Below, piece by piece: positions 40,644 through 52,250 of a DNA stretch of 64,000 nt. Where the stretch lies: contig CAWIIB010000009.1 in assembly GCA_963836075.1 (NCBI GenBank), forward strand, positions 288,001 through 352,000. Reading direction: 5' to 3'. Position 1 is the first letter of the stretch. Each line of letters begins with the position of its first letter. A program made the translations under genes and the position numbers. Under the pieces are notes generated by a model. It saw only the letters and a list, made by a program, of their open reading frames with translations. It did no database searches and had not been told where the DNA came from. This DNA comes from an uncultured Acidobacteriota bacterium. Lineage in GTDB: Bacteria > Acidobacteriota > JAQAZP01.

Positions 40644-42083
40644 TCACCGGCCGTCACGGAAATCCTCCTTGCGCAGGCCGTGGCGCCGCATCTTCTCGTT
40701 AACCGACCGCGGGTCCATCCCGGCCAGCTTTGCCGTCTTCCCGATCCGCCCCCCGGTCCGCCGCAGCAGGCCGGCAATGTACCGCGCTTCCAGCCGGCTC
40801 ACCGCTTCCCGCCGCACCTCGCGAAACGGCCGGTCGAGCCACTCGTCGGACAGCGGTTCCCCGCCGCCGGCGATCAACCCGTCGAGGTCGGTCCGCTTGC
40901 CACCCTCGGCCAATCCGCTGATCGACTGGGGCAGGTCGGCCAGCCGGATCTCGTCCCCCCGGCAGAGCAGCATGGCCCGCTCGATAATGTTCATCAGTTC
41001 GCGGACATTTCCCGGCCAGGCATACTCGCTGAGCGCCTCCAGCGCGGACGGCTCGATCCGCTCGATACGCCGTCCCACCCGGGGCAGGAAGTATTCGAGA
41101 TAGCTCTCGGCCAGCACGGGGATGTCCTCCTTCCTCTCTCGCAGCGGCGGGATGGTCAGCGAGATCACGCTGAGCCGGAAGTAGAGGTCCTGGCGAAATC
41201 GCCTGGCCTGCACGTCATCATCCAGGTCGCGGTTGGTGGCCGCCACCACCCGCACGTCGATCTTCACCGGCTTCTCGCTGCCCACCCGCTGGATCTCGTG
41301 GTCCTGGAGCACCCGCAGCAGTTTGACCTGCAGGTGGACCGGCATCTCCCCCACCTCGTCGAGGAAGACGGTGCCCCGGTGGGCCATCTCGAACAGGCCG
41401 CGGCGCGCCCGGGTGGCCCCGGTGAAGGATCCCTCCTCGTGTCCGAACAGTTCGCTCTCCAGCAGGCTCTCGTGCAGTGCCCCGCAGTTCACCGCCACGA
41501 ACGGCCCCCGGGTACGAGGCCCTTCGGCGTGTATCGCCCGGGCCAGCCGCTCCTTGCCGGCGCCGGTCTCGCCGAGGATCAGCAGTGACACGTCGCTCGG
41601 CGTCACCCGGCGCACCAGGTCGATGAAGGCGTCCATCGCCGGGCTGGCCGAGATGAAATCGTTGAGCGTCGGCTGGGAGAGCGGGTGACGGATCATCAGC
41701 CCCTGCACGGTGTTCTCCTGCCGCTTGCTGAGCAGCGACTGCACCACCAGGGCGTGCTGTCCGGCCGGCAGGCCGGTGTAGAGCACGGCATCGCAACCGG
41801 CCGACATCAGCGACACCCGTTGTTCCGGGTCCTCCTCGTCCACCAGCACCGCCACCAGCGGAGAGTCGGGCAGCTCGCGGAAGAGGCGGATGGCGTCCAC
41901 CGCCGGCTCGGGCACCAGCCCGATACTGACCATGATCAGGTCGGCGTTCTCCCGCGACACCCGCTCCCAGAGCCGCTGCCGGCTGGGGATGCTCTCCACG
42001 ATCACATCGGGAGCGGCGAGGGCATTGATCAACTCCTTCTTCAGGATCGGCCGGTCGACCACCAGAATCACCCTGGACAGCAT
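40644..42083 (-). CDS. sigma54-dependent enhancer-binding protein with degenerate receiver
   Basis: GETGAGKE, ESELFGHEEGSFTGA, LDEVGEM, WPGNVREL, HTH; receiver has LIMVS where the phospho-Asp is expected. Confidence 0.92.
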   Translation of the reverse strand: MLSRVILVVDRPILKKELINALAAPDVIVESIPSRQRLWERVSRENADLIMVSIGLVPEPAVDAIRLFRELPDSPLVAVLVDEEDPEQRVSLMSAGCDAVLYTGLPAGQHALVVQSLLSKRQENTVQGLMIRHPLSQPTLNDFISASPAMDAFIDLVRRVTPSDVSLLILGETGAGKERLARAIHAEGPRTRGPFVAVNCGALHESLLESELFGHEEGSFTGATRARRGLFEMAHRGTVFLDEVGEMPVHLQVKLLRVLQDHEIQRVGSEKPVKIDVRVVAATNRDLDDDVQARRFRQDLYFRLSVISLTIPPLRERKEDIPVLAESYLEYFLPRVGRRIERIEPSALEALSEYAWPGNVRELMNIIERAMLLCRGDEIRLADLPQSISGLAEGGKRTDLDGLIAGGGEPLSDEWLDRPFREVRREAVSRLEARYIAGLLRRTGGRIGKTAKLAGMDPRSVNEKMRRHGLRKEDFRDGR

Positions 42084-42275
42084 CGGCTCCCCTCCTTTTC
42101 CCGTGAACGCATCAGTGCCCGCTGATATCAGAACATTTTATTCCTATCTATCGGAACTAAAAAATCCTACCAGAACCGGACCGCGGTTGTCGAGCCAGTC
42201 GAGCGAACTGTTTAAGTTGTTCGATTTCTTTGACTAACGGTTGCCGTCCTCGGGATCGGCAACTCGGGGGGAAGG

Positions 42276-42291
42276 TGGCACGCCGATTGCC
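42276..42291 (+). promoter_or_regulatory. sigma54 (-24/-12) promoter
   Basis: TGGCACGCCGATTGCC upstream of the 42406-48851 operon. Confidence 0.78.
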
Positions 42292-42405
42292 TCTACTCCG
42301 GTTGCGGGACGGGGAGTGCCGCGGTCGGGACTCGGGAGACGAGCTCTTCGGCGGCATACCGTCCGGCCGGCAAACTGATCGGAACGGGGCGAGGAGGCGA
42401 ACCAG

Positions 42406-42537
42406 ATGCCAAGGAAAAAAGTTCAGGGGAAAAAGAAGAAAATCACGACGGTGAAGACAGCTGCCACCAAAAAAGTCAAACCGGAAAAAATCAAGCAGGT
42501 CAAACCAAGAACGGCGGCCGCGCACCCCAAGGGATGA
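42406..42537 (+). CDS. 43-aa Lys-rich peptide, not in ORF track
   Basis: GAGGAGG RBS; MPRKKVQGKKKKITTVKTAATKKVKPEKIKQVKPRTAAAHPKG. Confidence 0.55.
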   Translation: MPRKKVQGKKKKITTVKTAATKKVKPEKIKQVKPRTAAAHPKG

Positions 42538-42578
42538 ACGGCAGCCCGCCGGACGCGGGATTAAAAGGAGTCTGGAAA

Positions 42579-43088
42579 ATGAGATCACACACTGTTTCAT
42601 CGGTGTTCGTCGCGTTGCTTTTTTTCATGCTGGCCCCGGCCTTCGTCCTGGCCCAGGCACCGGCCCGGGCGGGGGAGACGACGGCCATCGTGGCCTACGT
42701 CGTGGCCGAATACGACGGGGAGGAAAACCTCGTGGGGCTCGTACTGGAGGAGGAGCAGGGTGGGCTGTTCCGAGTGGTTCTCGATCAGCGGGGCCGGCAA
42801 CTGGGGAGCGAGCTCGACGGTGAATGGGTTGAAGTGAGCGGCACCGTCGTCGAAAGGGACGGCGAAAGCTGGATGACGGTGAGCGGCTATTCCCTTCCGG
42901 CCCGGCAGGAAGAGGAGGACCAGTGGATCGAGGAGGAAGAGGTCGAAGACTGGAACGATCAGGTGGAACCATCTGATCAGGAAGAAGAGACGGAGGAGGG
43001 CTGGGAGGAGGATTCCTGGGAAGAGGAGGTGGAGGAAACTTCGCCCGAAGGTGACAATGAACCGGCTGACGAGCCCGACCTTTTCTGA
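42579..43088 (+). CDS. Secreted protein with small beta domain and very acidic tail
   Basis: AAGGAG RBS, signal peptide, E/D/W-rich C-terminus. Confidence 0.65.
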   Translation: MRSHTVSSVFVALLFFMLAPAFVLAQAPARAGETTAIVAYVVAEYDGEENLVGLVLEEEQGGLFRVVLDQRGRQLGSELDGEWVEVSGTVVERDGESWMTVSGYSLPARQEEEDQWIEEEEVEDWNDQVEPSDQEEETEEGWEEDSWEEEVEETSPEGDNEPADEPDLF

Positions 43089-43111
43089 GTCGGAAATGAG
43101 AGAATTGCGGA

Positions 43112-44270
43112 ATGACTGAATCCAGAGAACCGGCGGTCCCGAAAACCGCACCCGGGGCCGCCGGCGACACCCCGGCGGACTCCCGACCTGGCGAAGCCGG
43201 GCCGGGGATACTGATGCTCGACGCGGCCACGGCGCACTCGCCGGCCATCGCCGCCGAGTTTCAGCAGCAGACCCAGGTGGCGGCGAACACCGAAGCGCCG
43301 CTGGACGAGCGCCTGGAGGCCTACGAGGACATCTTCGACAGCGAGGTGGGCGACACTTCGCTGTCCCGCTCACGCAACATCGAACGCGAAGTGGGGCTGC
43401 GGCAGATCTACCTCAAGTTCGAGGGGGGCAACCCCACCGGCACGCAAAAGGACCGCATCGCCTTTGCCCAGGCCATGGACGCCATGCGCCGCGGCTACGA
43501 CGCGGTCACCGTGGCCACCTGCGGCAACTACGGGGCGGCCCTTGCCCTGGCCGCCACCATGGCCGGCCTGCGCTGCGTGGTCTACCTCCCCGAGGGGTTC
43601 CACACCCGGCGGGTGGTGGAGATGGAGCAGCACGGGGTCGGAGATCGTGCGGGTCAAGGGGGACTACGAGGCGGCGGTGGTCGCCTCGCAGGAGCGGGCG
43701 GTGAAGGACGAGATCTACGACGCCAACCCCGGCGGGGCCAACACCATGATCCAGCTCAAGGCCTATGGAGAGATCGCCTACGAGATCTACGACGAGCTGC
43801 GCGACGCGCCGGCGGTGGTGGCCGTCCCCGTTTCCAACGGCACCACCCTCGCCGGGATCCACCGCGGGTTCGTCAGCCTCTACCGCCGGGGCAAGACCTC
43901 GCGGATCCCGCGGATGGTGGCCGGGTCGTCCCACGGCAAGAACCCCATCGTCCGGGCCTTTTTGAAGAACATGGCCAGTTGCGAGGACCTCGACCCCGGC
44001 CAGATCAGGGAGACGGCGGTCAACGAACCGCTGATCAACTGGCACGCCATCGACGGCGACCTGGCCCTGGATGTGATCCGCGACACCGGCGGCTGGGCCG
44101 CCGATGCCAGCGACAAAGCGATGCTCGCCTGTTCGCGCATGCTGCGCGAGCGGGAAGGGCTCAACGTGCTCCCCGCCTCCACCGCCGGCCTGATGGTGCT
44201 CATCGAGCGGCACAAGCGGGAAGCACTGCCCGGCGACCGTTACGTGGTCGTCCTCACCGGAAGAAGGTAG
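43112..44270 (+). CDS. Fold-type II PLP enzyme (threonine synthase-like), frameshift near 43640
   Basis: LKFEGGNPTGTQKDR, ATCGNYG, PVSNGTT, LPAST. Confidence 0.85.
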
Positions 44271-44275
44271 GAGTG

Positions 44276-45388
44276 ATGAACAGTTTACCGGAAGGGAACG
44301 CAATCGTTTATTGCCAGGGCGCTTTTGGCACGCCCAACGGCAAGACGGCCCACGGGCTGGTCCGCCGCACCGACCGCTACACGGTCCTCTCCGTGGTGGA
44401 CGGCCGCCACGCCGGGCAGGACGCCGGCCAGCTGCTGGACGGTACCCCAAAAGGGATCCCGGTGCTCAAAAACATCGACGCGGCGCTGGCCCGGGCCGCT
44501 GCCGACGGCACACCGGCGACCCACCTGGTGATCGGCCTCGCCCCGGACGGCGGGCGCCTGACCCCGGCAGCCCGCACCGACGTGATGGCCGCCATCCGCC
44601 AGGGGCTCCACGTGGACTGCGGGCTGCACGACTTCCTCTCCGAGGACCCCGAGATCGCCGCCCTCGCCGGGCAGCACCAGGTGCGAGATCCGCGACGTGC
44701 GCAAGCCGCCGCCGATCAGCCGGCTGCACTTCTTCTCCGGCAAGATCGAGGAGGTCGACTCCCTGGTCATCGCCCTCCTCGGCACCGACTCGGCGGTGGG
44801 CAAGCGGACCACCGCCTGGCTTGCTGGTGGAAGCGCTGCGCCAGGCCGGGATCAGTGCCGAGCTGGTGGGCACCGGTCAGACAGCCTGGATGCAGGGGGT
44901 GCGCTTCGGCATCATCCTCGACTCGCTGGTCAACGACTTCGTTTCCGGCGAGATCGAGCACGCCGTCTGGTCGGCCTGGAAGGAAGCCGCGCCCCGAGGT
45001 GATCGTCATCGAGGGGCAGGGCAGCCTGATGAACCCGGCCTACCCCGGCGGGTTCGAGATCCTCGCCGCCGGCCGGCCCGACGCGGTGGTCCTGCAGCAC
45101 GCCCCGGCCCGGCGGGACTACGACGGTTTCCCCGGCTACCCGATTCAGGGCATCGGCAAACAGATCGAGGCGGTGGAGCTGATCTCCGGCAAACCGGTGG
45201 TCGCGGTCACCGTGAACCACGAGGGGCTGGACGAGGAGGGTGTGGCCGAGGCCTGCGGCTGGATCAAGAAAACCACCGGCCTGCCGGCCTGCGACGTGCT
45301 CACCGGCGGCGCCGGCCCCGTGGTCGAGGCGATCATCGAGCAGATCGAACTGGCGGCCGCCGAAGAGGATGACGACGATGATGAGTAA
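44276..45388 (+). CDS. DUF1611 protein (DgcN-like), frameshifted
   Basis: GKTAHGLVR, GLHDFL, GTDSAVGKRTT, TGQT, IEGQGSL, LQHAP. Confidence 0.85.
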   Translation: MNSLPEGNAIVYCQGAFGTPNGKTAHGLVRRTDRYTVLSVVDGRHAGQDAGQLLDGTPKGIPVLKNIDAALARAAADGTPATHLVIGLAPDGGRLTPAARTDVMAAIRQGLHVDCGLHDFLSEDPEIAALAGQHQVRDPRRAQAAADQPAALLLRQDRGGRLPGHRPPRHRLGGGQADHRLACWWKRCARPGSVPSWWAPVRQPGCRGCASASSSTRWSTTSFPARSSTPSGRPGRKPRPEVIVIEGQGSLMNPAYPGGFEILAAGRPDAVVLQHAPARRDYDGFPGYPIQGIGKQIEAVELISGKPVVAVTVNHEGLDEEGVAEACGWIKKTTGLPACDVLTGGAGPVVEAIIEQIELAAAEEDDDDDE

Positions 45389-47762
45389 GCAGCCGGGCAG
45401 CGAAGGCAAACCGCTCGCGCCACTCCATACCCTGAGGCGGCTGGAAGTGGGTCCGGTGCGGGTGGAGCCGCAGCGGCTCATCGCGCCCTACCGGGTGGTC
45501 GGCGGCGGCGTGGAGGACGGATCTGGAACTGATCTACCGCTACGAGGAGGAAGTCTTCATCCCCGATGACCCGTCCTCGCTCAACCTGGCCGGAATGATC
45601 GCCGCCCAGGTGGCCCTCAACTACGGCCTCTTCTGCGACGAGATCGTCTTCCACGGCCCCTTCGACCACCATGACCGCCGTTTCATCGAATCGATGGCGG
45701 CCAACACGGCCCGGGAGATCTATGTCAAGAAGTTCCTCCAGCCCAACCCCTTCCTCCGCGGGCCGGCAGCCTCGCTGCCAGTGGTGAAGCAGAAGAGCTA
45801 CCTCCGGGCCCGGCTGGTCTTCCCCGACGCCCCGGACCGTGAAGGGGCCCGGGCACCAAGTTACAGTACCGGCTGGGCCTCGGACCACGGGAAACACGCG
45901 GTGCTCTCCAGCGGCGGCAAGGACAGCCTGCTCAGCTTCGGCCTGCTCAACGAGATCGGCCGCGAGACCCACCCGATCTTCATCAACGAGTCGGGGCGCC
46001 ACTGGTTCACCGCGCTCAACGCTTACCGGCACTTGGCAGGGAACGTTCCCGGCACGGCCCGGGTCTGGACCAACTCCGACCGGGTTTTCTCCTGGATGCT
46101 GCGGCACCTCCGCTTCATCCGGCCCGACTTCGCCACGGTCCGCTCCGACGACTACCCGATCCGGCTCTGGACCGTGGCGGTCTTCCTCTTCGGCGCCCTG
46201 CCCCTGCTGCGCAAGCGGGGCATCGGCCGGCTGCTCATCGGCGACGAGTTCGACACCACCCGGCGGCTCTCCTTCCAGGGAATCACCCACTACGACGGGC
46301 TCTACGACCAGAGCCGCTACTTCGACAACGCCCTGACCCGCTACTTCCAGGCGCAAGGGCTGGGGGGTCAGCCAGTTCTCGGTGCTCCGGCCGCTCTCCG
46401 AGCTGCTGATCGAGAAGATCCTCGTCGAGCGCTATCCCGAGCTGCAGGCAGCACCAGGTCTCCTGCCACGCCGCCCACGCTGCGCGGGGACCGCGTCCTG
46501 CCCTGCGGCCGCTGCGAGAAGTGCCGCCGCATCGTCGGCATGCTCTCCGCCATCGGCGCCGACCCGGGCAACTGCGGGTACACGCCGCAACAGATCGAAC
46601 AGGGGCTGGCGAGGTTCTCGGTGAAGAGCGTGCACCAGGAGAGCGACTGCGCCGAGCAGGCGCTCCACATGCTGGGAGAGCGGGGGTTGCTGGGCGGGAC
46701 GGAGAAACCGGCCGTGACAACCCGGCCGCGGCCCGAGATGCTCAAGCTGCGCTTCGACCCCGAACGGTCGCCGATGGATGACATCCCGGTGGACCTCCGT
46801 GAGCCGCTCTACCGGCTCTTTCTTGAGCACGCCTCGGGGGCGGTGAGGCGCAGCGGGCGGGTCTGGCTGGACACCGATGCCCTCGACCCGCAGGAGCTGG
46901 GCAAGCCCTATCCCTTCGAGCACCGGCTGGCCGGAGGCAATGCTTCCGGCCGCCGGGCCAGCCGCAGGGCCGCTGACGGGGCCCCGAACCACATCCTGGC
47001 CGAGCTGAGCTGGCCCGCGGCCCAGCGAAGGCTGCGCGAAGTGGACGTGGCGCTGCTGCCGGTGGGGGCCATCGAGCAGCACGGGCCCCACCTGCCGCTG
47101 GACGTCGACGCCTGGGATGCCGACTATCTCTGCCGCCGGGTGGCCGAGAGCTGCTCCGCCCCGCGGCCGCTGGTCCTGCCCCTGGTGCCCTACGGCGTCT
47201 CCTACCACCACGACGACTTCAGCGGCACGCTGAGCATCGGCCCGGACACGCTCTCCAGGCTGGTCTACGAGATCGGGATGAGCGCGGCGCGCAACGGGAT
47301 CTCCAAGCTGGTGATCATCAACGGCCACGGCGGCAACTCGCCGTCGCTGCACTTTGCCGCGCAGATGATCAACCGCGACGCGAGGATCTTCACCTGGTGG
47401 ACACCGGGGAATCGAGCGACCACGACATCGACACCCTCACCGAGACGCCCAACGACGTCCACGCCGGGGAGGTGGAGACCAGCACCGCCCTGGCCACCCG
47501 CCCCGAGCTGGTGGACATGTCGGCGGCCCGCCGTTTCGTTCCCGAGTTCTCCAGCCGTTACCTCGACTTCACCTCCAAGCGGAGCGTCGGCTGGTATACC
47601 CGGGTGGCCCAGATCTCGCCCACCGGGGTCCTCGGCGACCCCACCGTGGCCAGCGCGGAGAAAGGCCGCAAGATATGGGACGTGATGGTGAAGAACCTGG
47701 TTGAGTTCGTCGAGGACATTCGCGAACTGAGCCTGGAAGAGATCTACCAGCGGCGCTACTGA
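45381..47762 (+). CDS. PP-loop (MurL/QueC-like) domain fused to creatininase-family amidohydrolase, frameshifted
   Basis: LSSGGKDSL and PCGRCEKC; then LPVGAIEQHGPHLPLDVD, NGHGGN, HAGEVETS, GVLGDP. Confidence 0.75.
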
Positions 47763-47785
47763 CCCGCGGCTGGAAAAGGAGCGAT

Positions 47786-48851
47786 ATGCGCATCACCGCA
47801 GTTGAGTCATGGCCCCATGCCCTGACCCTCGACGAACCGTACACCATCGCCTACGAGACGGTGGACAAGGCGACCAACATATTTCTCCGCCTGGAGACCT
47901 CGACGGGGATCATTGGCTACGGCTGCGCAGCCCCCGACGAGGCGGTGACCGGGGAGACGGAGGAGGAGGCGCTCACCGCGCTGCGCGAGGTCGCCGCGGC
48001 AACGCTGAAAGGCTCCGACCCGCTGCGGCATGCCCGGCTGATGGAGCTGCTGAAGAAGACGATGAGCGGCCGCCCGTCGGCGCTGGCCGCGGTGGACATG
48101 GCGCTGCACGACATTCTCGGCAAGGTCGCCGGCCTGCCGCTCTGGCGCCTGCTGGGCGGCTACCGTGACCGGATCCGGACCAGCATCACCATCGGCATCC
48201 TCCCGGTGGACGAGACGGTGGAGCGGGCGCTGGACTTCACCGCCCGCGGTTTCCGCTGCCTGAAGATCAAGGGCGGCCTCGACGTGGAGGAGGACGTCGA
48301 CCCGGGTACTCGAGGTGCGCGAGGCCGTGGGCCCCGGTATCGAGCTGCGGTTCGACGCCAACCAGGGCTACTCGATGATCGACTCGCTGCACTTCGTCGA
48401 CATGACCCGCTCGGCCAAGCTGGAGTTGATCGAACAGCCGACCCCGGTGGGCTCGCCCGACCTGCTGGGGCGGGTGGCCGGCCGGGTGCCGATCCCGGTG
48501 ATGGCCGACGAGAGCCTGCTCACCCTGCGCGACGCCTTCCGCATCGCGCGCAACGACCTGGCCGACATGGTCAACATCAAGCTGATGAAGGTCGGCGGGA
48601 TCGCCGAGGCGCTGCAGATCAATGCCGTGGCCCGCTCGGCGCGGCTGGAGGTGATGGTGGGCTGCATGGACGAAGCAGCCCTGGCCATCGCCGCCGGCCT
48701 GCACTTCGCCCTGGCCCGGCCCAACGTGATCTATGCCGACCTCGACGGCCACCTCGACCTGTCGGACGACCCGTCTGACGGGGCGGTGATCCTGAGAGAC
48801 GGTACGCTGTTCCCCACCAACAGGCCGGGGCTGGGCTTTGACCTACCCTAG
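47786..48851 (+). CDS. Dipeptide epimerase (L-Ala-D/L-Glu epimerase/DgcA-like), frameshift near 48300
   Basis: KIK, DANQG, IEQP, ADES, NIKLMK, GCM, DLDG. Confidence 0.9.
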
Positions 48852-51166
48852 AAGGGGAAGAAGACCGGCACCAGCACCACCATCAGGATCAGCAGGATGA
48901 TGGTCAGCGGCGTGCCCACCTTGAGGTAGTCCGACACCTTGTAGCCTCCTGCGCCCATCACCAGCAGGTTGGCCTTGTGCGAGAAGGGCGTCATGAAGGC
49001 CGCGGAGGTGGCCAGCGCCACCGCCATCATCACCGACTGCTGGCTGATGCCCGCGTCCAGCGCGGCGGGCAGCACCACCGGAGCCATCAGCACCACCGCC
49101 GGGGCGCCGTCCAGGGCCTGGCTCAGGGCGCTGCCCAGCACCACCATTCCGGCCATGATCCCGTAGGGCCCCAGCGGCCCGGTCAGCGCGGTCACCGAGT
49201 CGGAGAGCAGTGCCGCCGCACCGGTGCGTTCGATGGCGATGCCCAGGGGCAGGATCGCGGCCACCAGGAAAACCGCCTTCCACTCCACCGAGCGGTAGGC
49301 CTCCTCCATGGTCACCGCTCCGAAGAGGGCCACCAGCGTGGCCGCGGTGAACGAGGCCACGTGTATCGGCATGTACCCGGTCACCACCATGGCGATCATC
49401 ACCACCAGCGCGCCCACGGCCACCGGCGCCTTGCGGGTCCGGCGCTCCTCCTGGGCCGCCTGGGTCAGCACCACGTAGTCGGGGTGGGATCCCAACGCCC
49501 GGATCTGCTGCCAACTGCCCTGGACCAGCAGGGCGTCGCCCTCCCTGAGCCGCCGGCCGGCCAGCATGGTGTGGATCGCCTGCCCCTGGCTCCAGATGGC
49601 CAGCACCTGCAGCCCGGTCTTCTCGCGGAAGTTCATTTCGGCCAGGGTCCTGCCCGCCGCCCGCGACCGTGGGGAAAGGGTCACCTCGACGATCCCCACG
49701 TCATCGGCCTGAATGCCGGAGCGGGTGATATCCCGCTCCAGCTGCACGTTGCCCAGGCTCACCAGCCGGCGGATCCGGTCGGTGTCTCCGGCCACCAGCA
49801 GCTGGTCCTCGGAGTGAATCCGCTCCAGCGGGGAAACGGCCATCATCACCCGGTCCCCGCGGATGATCCCGGCCACGGTCAGGCCGTTCAGCTCGCCCAG
49901 GCGGGTCTCCCGCACCGTGGCCCCGGCCAGCGTCGAGCCGGAGTGCACCCGCAGCAGAAAGAGGTGCGACTTCAGTTCCCGCATGTCCGACTTGTCGAGG
50001 TGTGCCACCACCAGGTCGCCGGGGAACTCGGCCCCGTCCAGCTTCTCCGGCGCACCCACGGCAATGAGTTCGTCCCCCTCGCGGAAGGTCACCGCCGCCA
50101 GGTCGCTGTCGATCAACTCGCCATCCCGGCGGATACCCACCACCTCCATGCCGTGACGGTCACGCAGGGTGAGGTCGCGCAGGGTCCGGCCGATGAAGCT
50201 CGAACCGGGGATAACGGCGGCCAGGATGCTGCGCACGTAGCGGAACGCCTGGTCCAGGTCCTGCGGATCGGGCGCCGCCGGTGTCCGAAAGAGGTTTTGC
50301 ACCTCGTCGTAAGCCCCCTCCACCAGCAGCACGTCGTTCTCCTCCAGCCGGGTGGCCGCCGTGGGGGTCAGGATCTTCTTGCCGCCCCGTTCGATGCTGA
50401 CCACCTGCACCCCCAGGGTGTCGGTCAACTGCGCTTCACCGAGGGTCATTCCATCCAGGCCGGACCCGGGGAGCACGCGGATGGAGAAGAGCGACTCCTC
50501 GAGGTGGTAGACGCGGGTCAGGTCCACGGAGCGGGGGGCCCGGTCCGCGATGCCCTTGTCGGGGAGCAGCCAGCGGCCGATGGTGATCATGTAGAGGATC
50601 CCGCAGCCGAGCAGGATCGAGCCCATGGGCAGGAAGTCGAAGAGGGCGAAGGAGCCGAGGCCGCGGTCCCGCAGCATCTGGTCGGCGAGGATGTTGGGCG
50701 GGGTGCCCACCAGGGTCATGGTCCCGCCGAGGATGGCGCCGAAGGCCAGGGGGATGAAAAGCCGCGAGGGGCTGATCTCGGTCTTGCGGCAGATGCCGGC
50801 CACCGCCGGGAGCAGCACCGCCACGGCGGCGATGTTGTTCATGAAGGCCGAGAGCACGCCGCTGACCAGCATGATGGCGATGATCAGCGGCACCTCGCGG
50901 TTGCCGATCAGCTTGTGCACCCGCCCGGCGATGACGTCGGCCACCCCGGTGTGCAGCAGGGCCGCGCTGACAAAAAAGATCGAGAGCATGGTGATCACCG
51001 CCGGCGAGGCGAAACCGGTGAACGCCTCGGCCGGGGTGACGAAACCGGCCAGGGTGAGGATCACCAGGCCGATGAAGGCGGTCAGTTCCACCGGCAGCTT
51101 CTCGGTGAAGAAGAGCGCCGCCATCCCGGTGACCAGGACAAAAAGAAAGCCGATTTCCAGTGTCAT
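48848..51166 (-). CDS. SLC13/CitMHS-type permease with tandem TrkA_C (RCK_C) domains
   Basis: [14 protein letters not shown], repeated GxTLxEL..G..VVxIxR units, [13 protein letters not shown]. Confidence 0.9.
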   Translation of the reverse strand: MTLEIGFLFVLVTGMAALFFTEKLPVELTAFIGLVILTLAGFVTPAEAFTGFASPAVITMLSIFFVSAALLHTGVADVIAGRVHKLIGNREVPLIIAIMLVSGVLSAFMNNIAAVAVLLPAVAGICRKTEISPSRLFIPLAFGAILGGTMTLVGTPPNILADQMLRDRGLGSFALFDFLPMGSILLGCGILYMITIGRWLLPDKGIADRAPRSVDLTRVYHLEESLFSIRVLPGSGLDGMTLGEAQLTDTLGVQVVSIERGGKKILTPTAATRLEENDVLLVEGAYDEVQNLFRTPAAPDPQDLDQAFRYVRSILAAVIPGSSFIGRTLRDLTLRDRHGMEVVGIRRDGELIDSDLAAVTFREGDELIAVGAPEKLDGAEFPGDLVVAHLDKSDMRELKSHLFLLRVHSGSTLAGATVRETRLGELNGLTVAGIIRGDRVMMAVSPLERIHSEDQLLVAGDTDRIRRLVSLGNVQLERDITRSGIQADDVGIVEVTLSPRSRAAGRTLAEMNFREKTGLQVLAIWSQGQAIHTMLAGRRLREGDALLVQGSWQQIRALGSHPDYVVLTQAAQEERRTRKAPVAVGALVVMIAMVVTGYMPIHVASFTAATLVALFGAVTMEEAYRSVEWKAVFLVAAILPLGIAIERTGAAALLSDSVTALTGPLGPYGIMAGMVVLGSALSQALDGAPAVVLMAPVVLPAALDAGISQQSVMMAVALATSAAFMTPFSHKANLLVMGAGGYKVSDYLKVGTPLTIILLILMVVLVPVFFPF

Positions 51167-51203
51167 GTGCGCTGCTCCATAACCACCTCCCGCCCCTGGC
51201 GAT

Positions 51204-52250
51204 TCAGAGCGTGGCCATCTCCGAGTTGTCGAAGTTGCGGCGGTAGAACTCCATGTACTGCACCTTGCGCTCCAGGGCCCTGATCACCGTACGGCTGAAG
51301 TTGACCCCGGTGAACTTCTGCGCGCTGCCCAGCCCGCCGGGGCTGAAGACGTTGATCTCCATCAGCTTGTCACCGACGATGTCCAGGCCCACCAGGAACA
51401 TCCCGTCCTGGACGATCTTCGGCCGCACGATCTCCACGATGCGCAGCGCCTCATCGTCCACTTCGGCCGCGGCCAGCTTGCCGCCGGCGTGGATGTTCGA
51501 GCGCATGTCGCCCCCGGTGCGCACCCGGCGGAAAGCGGCATACTTGCCCTTTTCGCGCAGCGGCTGCCCGTTCATCAGGAAGAGCCGCATGTCCCCCTGC
51601 TCCGCCGCCGGCAGGTACTCCTGGGCGATGACGTAGCCGTCGCGGCTCACCGCGTCGATCATCTGGTTCAGGTTCGGCACGTCGTCCGGCCGGACGAGGA
51701 AGACGCTCTGCCCGCCCGAGCCCTGGAGCGGCTTGAGCACGATGGTCCCGCCCTGTTCCTTGGCAAAGGCCTTGATCTCCGAGCGGTCGCGGGTGATCAG
51801 GGTCTGCGGCCGCACCTCCTCGGGGAACATCTGGAAGTACATCTTGCTCTCGGCCTTGGACAGGCCGTTGGGGTCGTTGACCACGATCACCCCGTGGCGC
51901 ATGGCCAGCCGGCCGAAGAGGATCCCGGCGCTGGCCGCCCAGGGGCGGGACATGGCGTCGGTGGAGGGATCGTTGCGCAGCATCAGCACGTCCAGGTCGT
52001 CCACGGTGATCCGCTTCTTCACCGCAGCCTTCCCTTGCAGGTCCTTGAGGTAGGTTTCGCTGTTCTTGTATTTCTTCTTCGGCACGCTGGTGGCCCGGGC
52101 GCGGATCTGCTCGTCCGGGTCGTAGGCCAGGTCGCCCACCCCGATGACCCACGACTCGTGCCCCATGTTGATCGCCGCCACCGCCAGCCGGCTGGTGGTG
52201 TACCCGCTCTGCTCGGTCATCACGTCGTTTACGACAAATCCGATTTTCAT
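51204..52250 (-). CDS. Glutathione synthetase-like ATP-grasp ligase
   Basis: MLRNDP, VVNDP.GL, LKPLQGSGG, QEYLP, DMR, GLDIVG.KLMEINVFSPGG; own ATG after GAAAGGA. Confidence 0.88.
   Translation of the reverse strand: MKIGFVVNDVMTEQSGYTTSRLAVAAINMGHESWVIGVGDLAYDPDEQIRARATSVPKKKYKNSETYLKDLQGKAAVKKRITVDDLDVLMLRNDPSTDAMSRPWAASAGILFGRLAMRHGVIVVNDPNGLSKAESKMYFQMFPEEVRPQTLITRDRSEIKAFAKEQGGTIVLKPLQGSGGQSVFLVRPDDVPNLNQMIDAVSRDGYVIAQEYLPAAEQGDMRLFLMNGQPLREKGKYAAFRRVRTGGDMRSNIHAGGKLAAAEVDDEALRIVEIVRPKIVQDGMFLVGLDIVGDKLMEINVFSPGGLGSAQKFTGVNFSRTVIRALERKVQYMEFYRRNFDNSEMATL

Noticed and set aside
43112-45388. 758-aa PLP enzyme-DUF1611 fusion
   Set aside because: The middle part is off-frame; the PLP gene stops at 44270 and DUF1611 has its own RBS and ATG at 44276.
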